Shown: positions 63,476 to 64,000 of the stretch, in pieces
How positions within the stretch are numbered: position 1 is the stretch's first letter
Layout: each line of letters opens with the position of its first letter
From: an uncultured Acidimicrobiaceae bacterium
GTDB taxonomy: Bacteria > Actinomycetota > Acidimicrobiia > Acidimicrobiales > RAAP-2
Reading direction: 5' to 3'
Assembly (NCBI GenBank): GCA_963755375.1
Contig: CAVWKG010000016.1
Span: 2,617,772-2,681,771 of the forward strand
DNA: 64,000 nt
The notes under the pieces: generated by a model
What the model was told of the DNA's origin: nothing
What the model saw: the letters and a program-made list of their open reading frames with translations, nothing else
The model's database searches: none
Program-made: the position numbers and the translations under genes

Positions 63476-64000
63476 ATGGCAGACGTCGGCTTCATGTCAG
63501 CAGTCAAGTTGACCCAGTCTCTGCGAAATGGGCACATTTCCAGCAGGGAGTTGTTCGAGCACTACCTGAGCCGTATCGAGACCCATAACCCGGCCCTCAA
63601 TGCCGTGGTCACCTTGGATTCCGAGCGAGCTCGAGCCGAGGCCGACGCTGCGGACGCTGCTTTGTCTCGGGGGGAGGCGCTTGGCCCTCTTCATGGGCTG
63701 CCCATGACCGTCAAGGATCACTACGCCACGTCGGGAATGCGCACGACCGGTGGTAATCGTGCGACCAGACGCTTCGTTCCCGATTACGACGCAGTGCCTG
63801 TGGCCCGTCTGCGGGCGGCGGGGGCCGTGATCATGGGCAAGACGAACATGCCTCGTATGGGCGCCGATGTGCAGACCTACAACTCGATTTTTGGAACGAC
63901 CAACAACCCCTGGGACCTCAAGCGGACCCCTGGAGGATCATCTGGCGGCTCGGCCGCTGCCGTGGCAGCTGGCCTCACTGGGCTCGAAGTCGGGTCGGAC
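63476..64000 (+). CDS. Amidase-signature family amidase, N-terminal 175 codons (runs off the window end)
   Basis: Own translation gives MADVGFMSAVKLTQSLRNGHISSRELFEHYLSRIETHNPALNAVV...LHGLPMTVKDHY...GGSSGGSAAAVAAG. Confidence 0.9.
   Translation, partial: MADVGFMSAVKLTQSLRNGHISSRELFEHYLSRIETHNPALNAVVTLDSERARAEADAADAALSRGEALGPLHGLPMTVKDHYATSGMRTTGGNRATRRFVPDYDAVPVARLRAAGAVIMGKTNMPRMGADVQTYNSIFGTTNNPWDLKRTPGGSSGGSAAAVAAGLTGLEVGSD

Overview
High-GC, actinobacterial-type chromosomal segment with two very different halves. All product calls rest on reading the supplied translations and my own translations; no database search was run.

(1) 1 to ~27.97 kb is a tightly packed housekeeping block:
- nuoB/nuoA and a geranylgeranyl-reductase-family flavoprotein with a Lys/Ala-rich repeat tail
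- an APH-fold kinase and a HIT protein
- the rex-hemA-hemC-(cobA/hemD fusion)-hemB-hemL cluster
- a DUF62 SAM hydroxide adenosyltransferase, proC and a YbjN-like protein
- mshA, apparently broken by a 1-nt frameshift
- an XRE regulator divergent from Fe/Mn sodA, and a TraR/DksA zinc finger
- a large HATPase-PAS-GAF-GAF-PP2C sensor
- a class-V aminotransferase and a beta-propeller lipoprotein
- two divergent citrate-synthase-fold genes carrying HTH and CBS N-terminal fusions
- DUF4395, an NDMA-type alcohol dehydrogenase and an acyl-CoA synthetase

(2) ~28 kb to the window end is visibly lower in GC, gene-sparse and mosaic. It mixes three kinds of content:
- Stress and signalling genes: PAS-GGDEF, STAS antagonist, orphan LuxR-type response regulator, DoxX, CsbD, PAS-PP2C phosphatase, DUF4235, DUF1345, CMD.
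- Small-molecule enzymes: NAT, VOC, globin, methyltransferases, DUF72, CocE/NonD hydrolase, cupin, alpha/beta hydrolase, TetR plus amidase.
- Decayed mobile DNA: a frameshifted IS481-like transposase plus a second IS fragment, a truncated and frameshifted tyrosine-recombinase remnant, a methyltransferase fragment, and an RsbW-like remnant with in-frame stops.

The most unusual structures are:
- a perfect 54-bp x 6.4 in-frame tandem repeat encoding a basic 18-aa unit
- a 28-bp x 4 tandem repeat immediately beside it
- a perfect 20-bp palindrome upstream of the response regulator
- three 14-bp direct repeats next to the integrase remnant
- the HTH- and CBS-fused citrate synthase pair

No rRNA, tRNA or CRISPR array was found.
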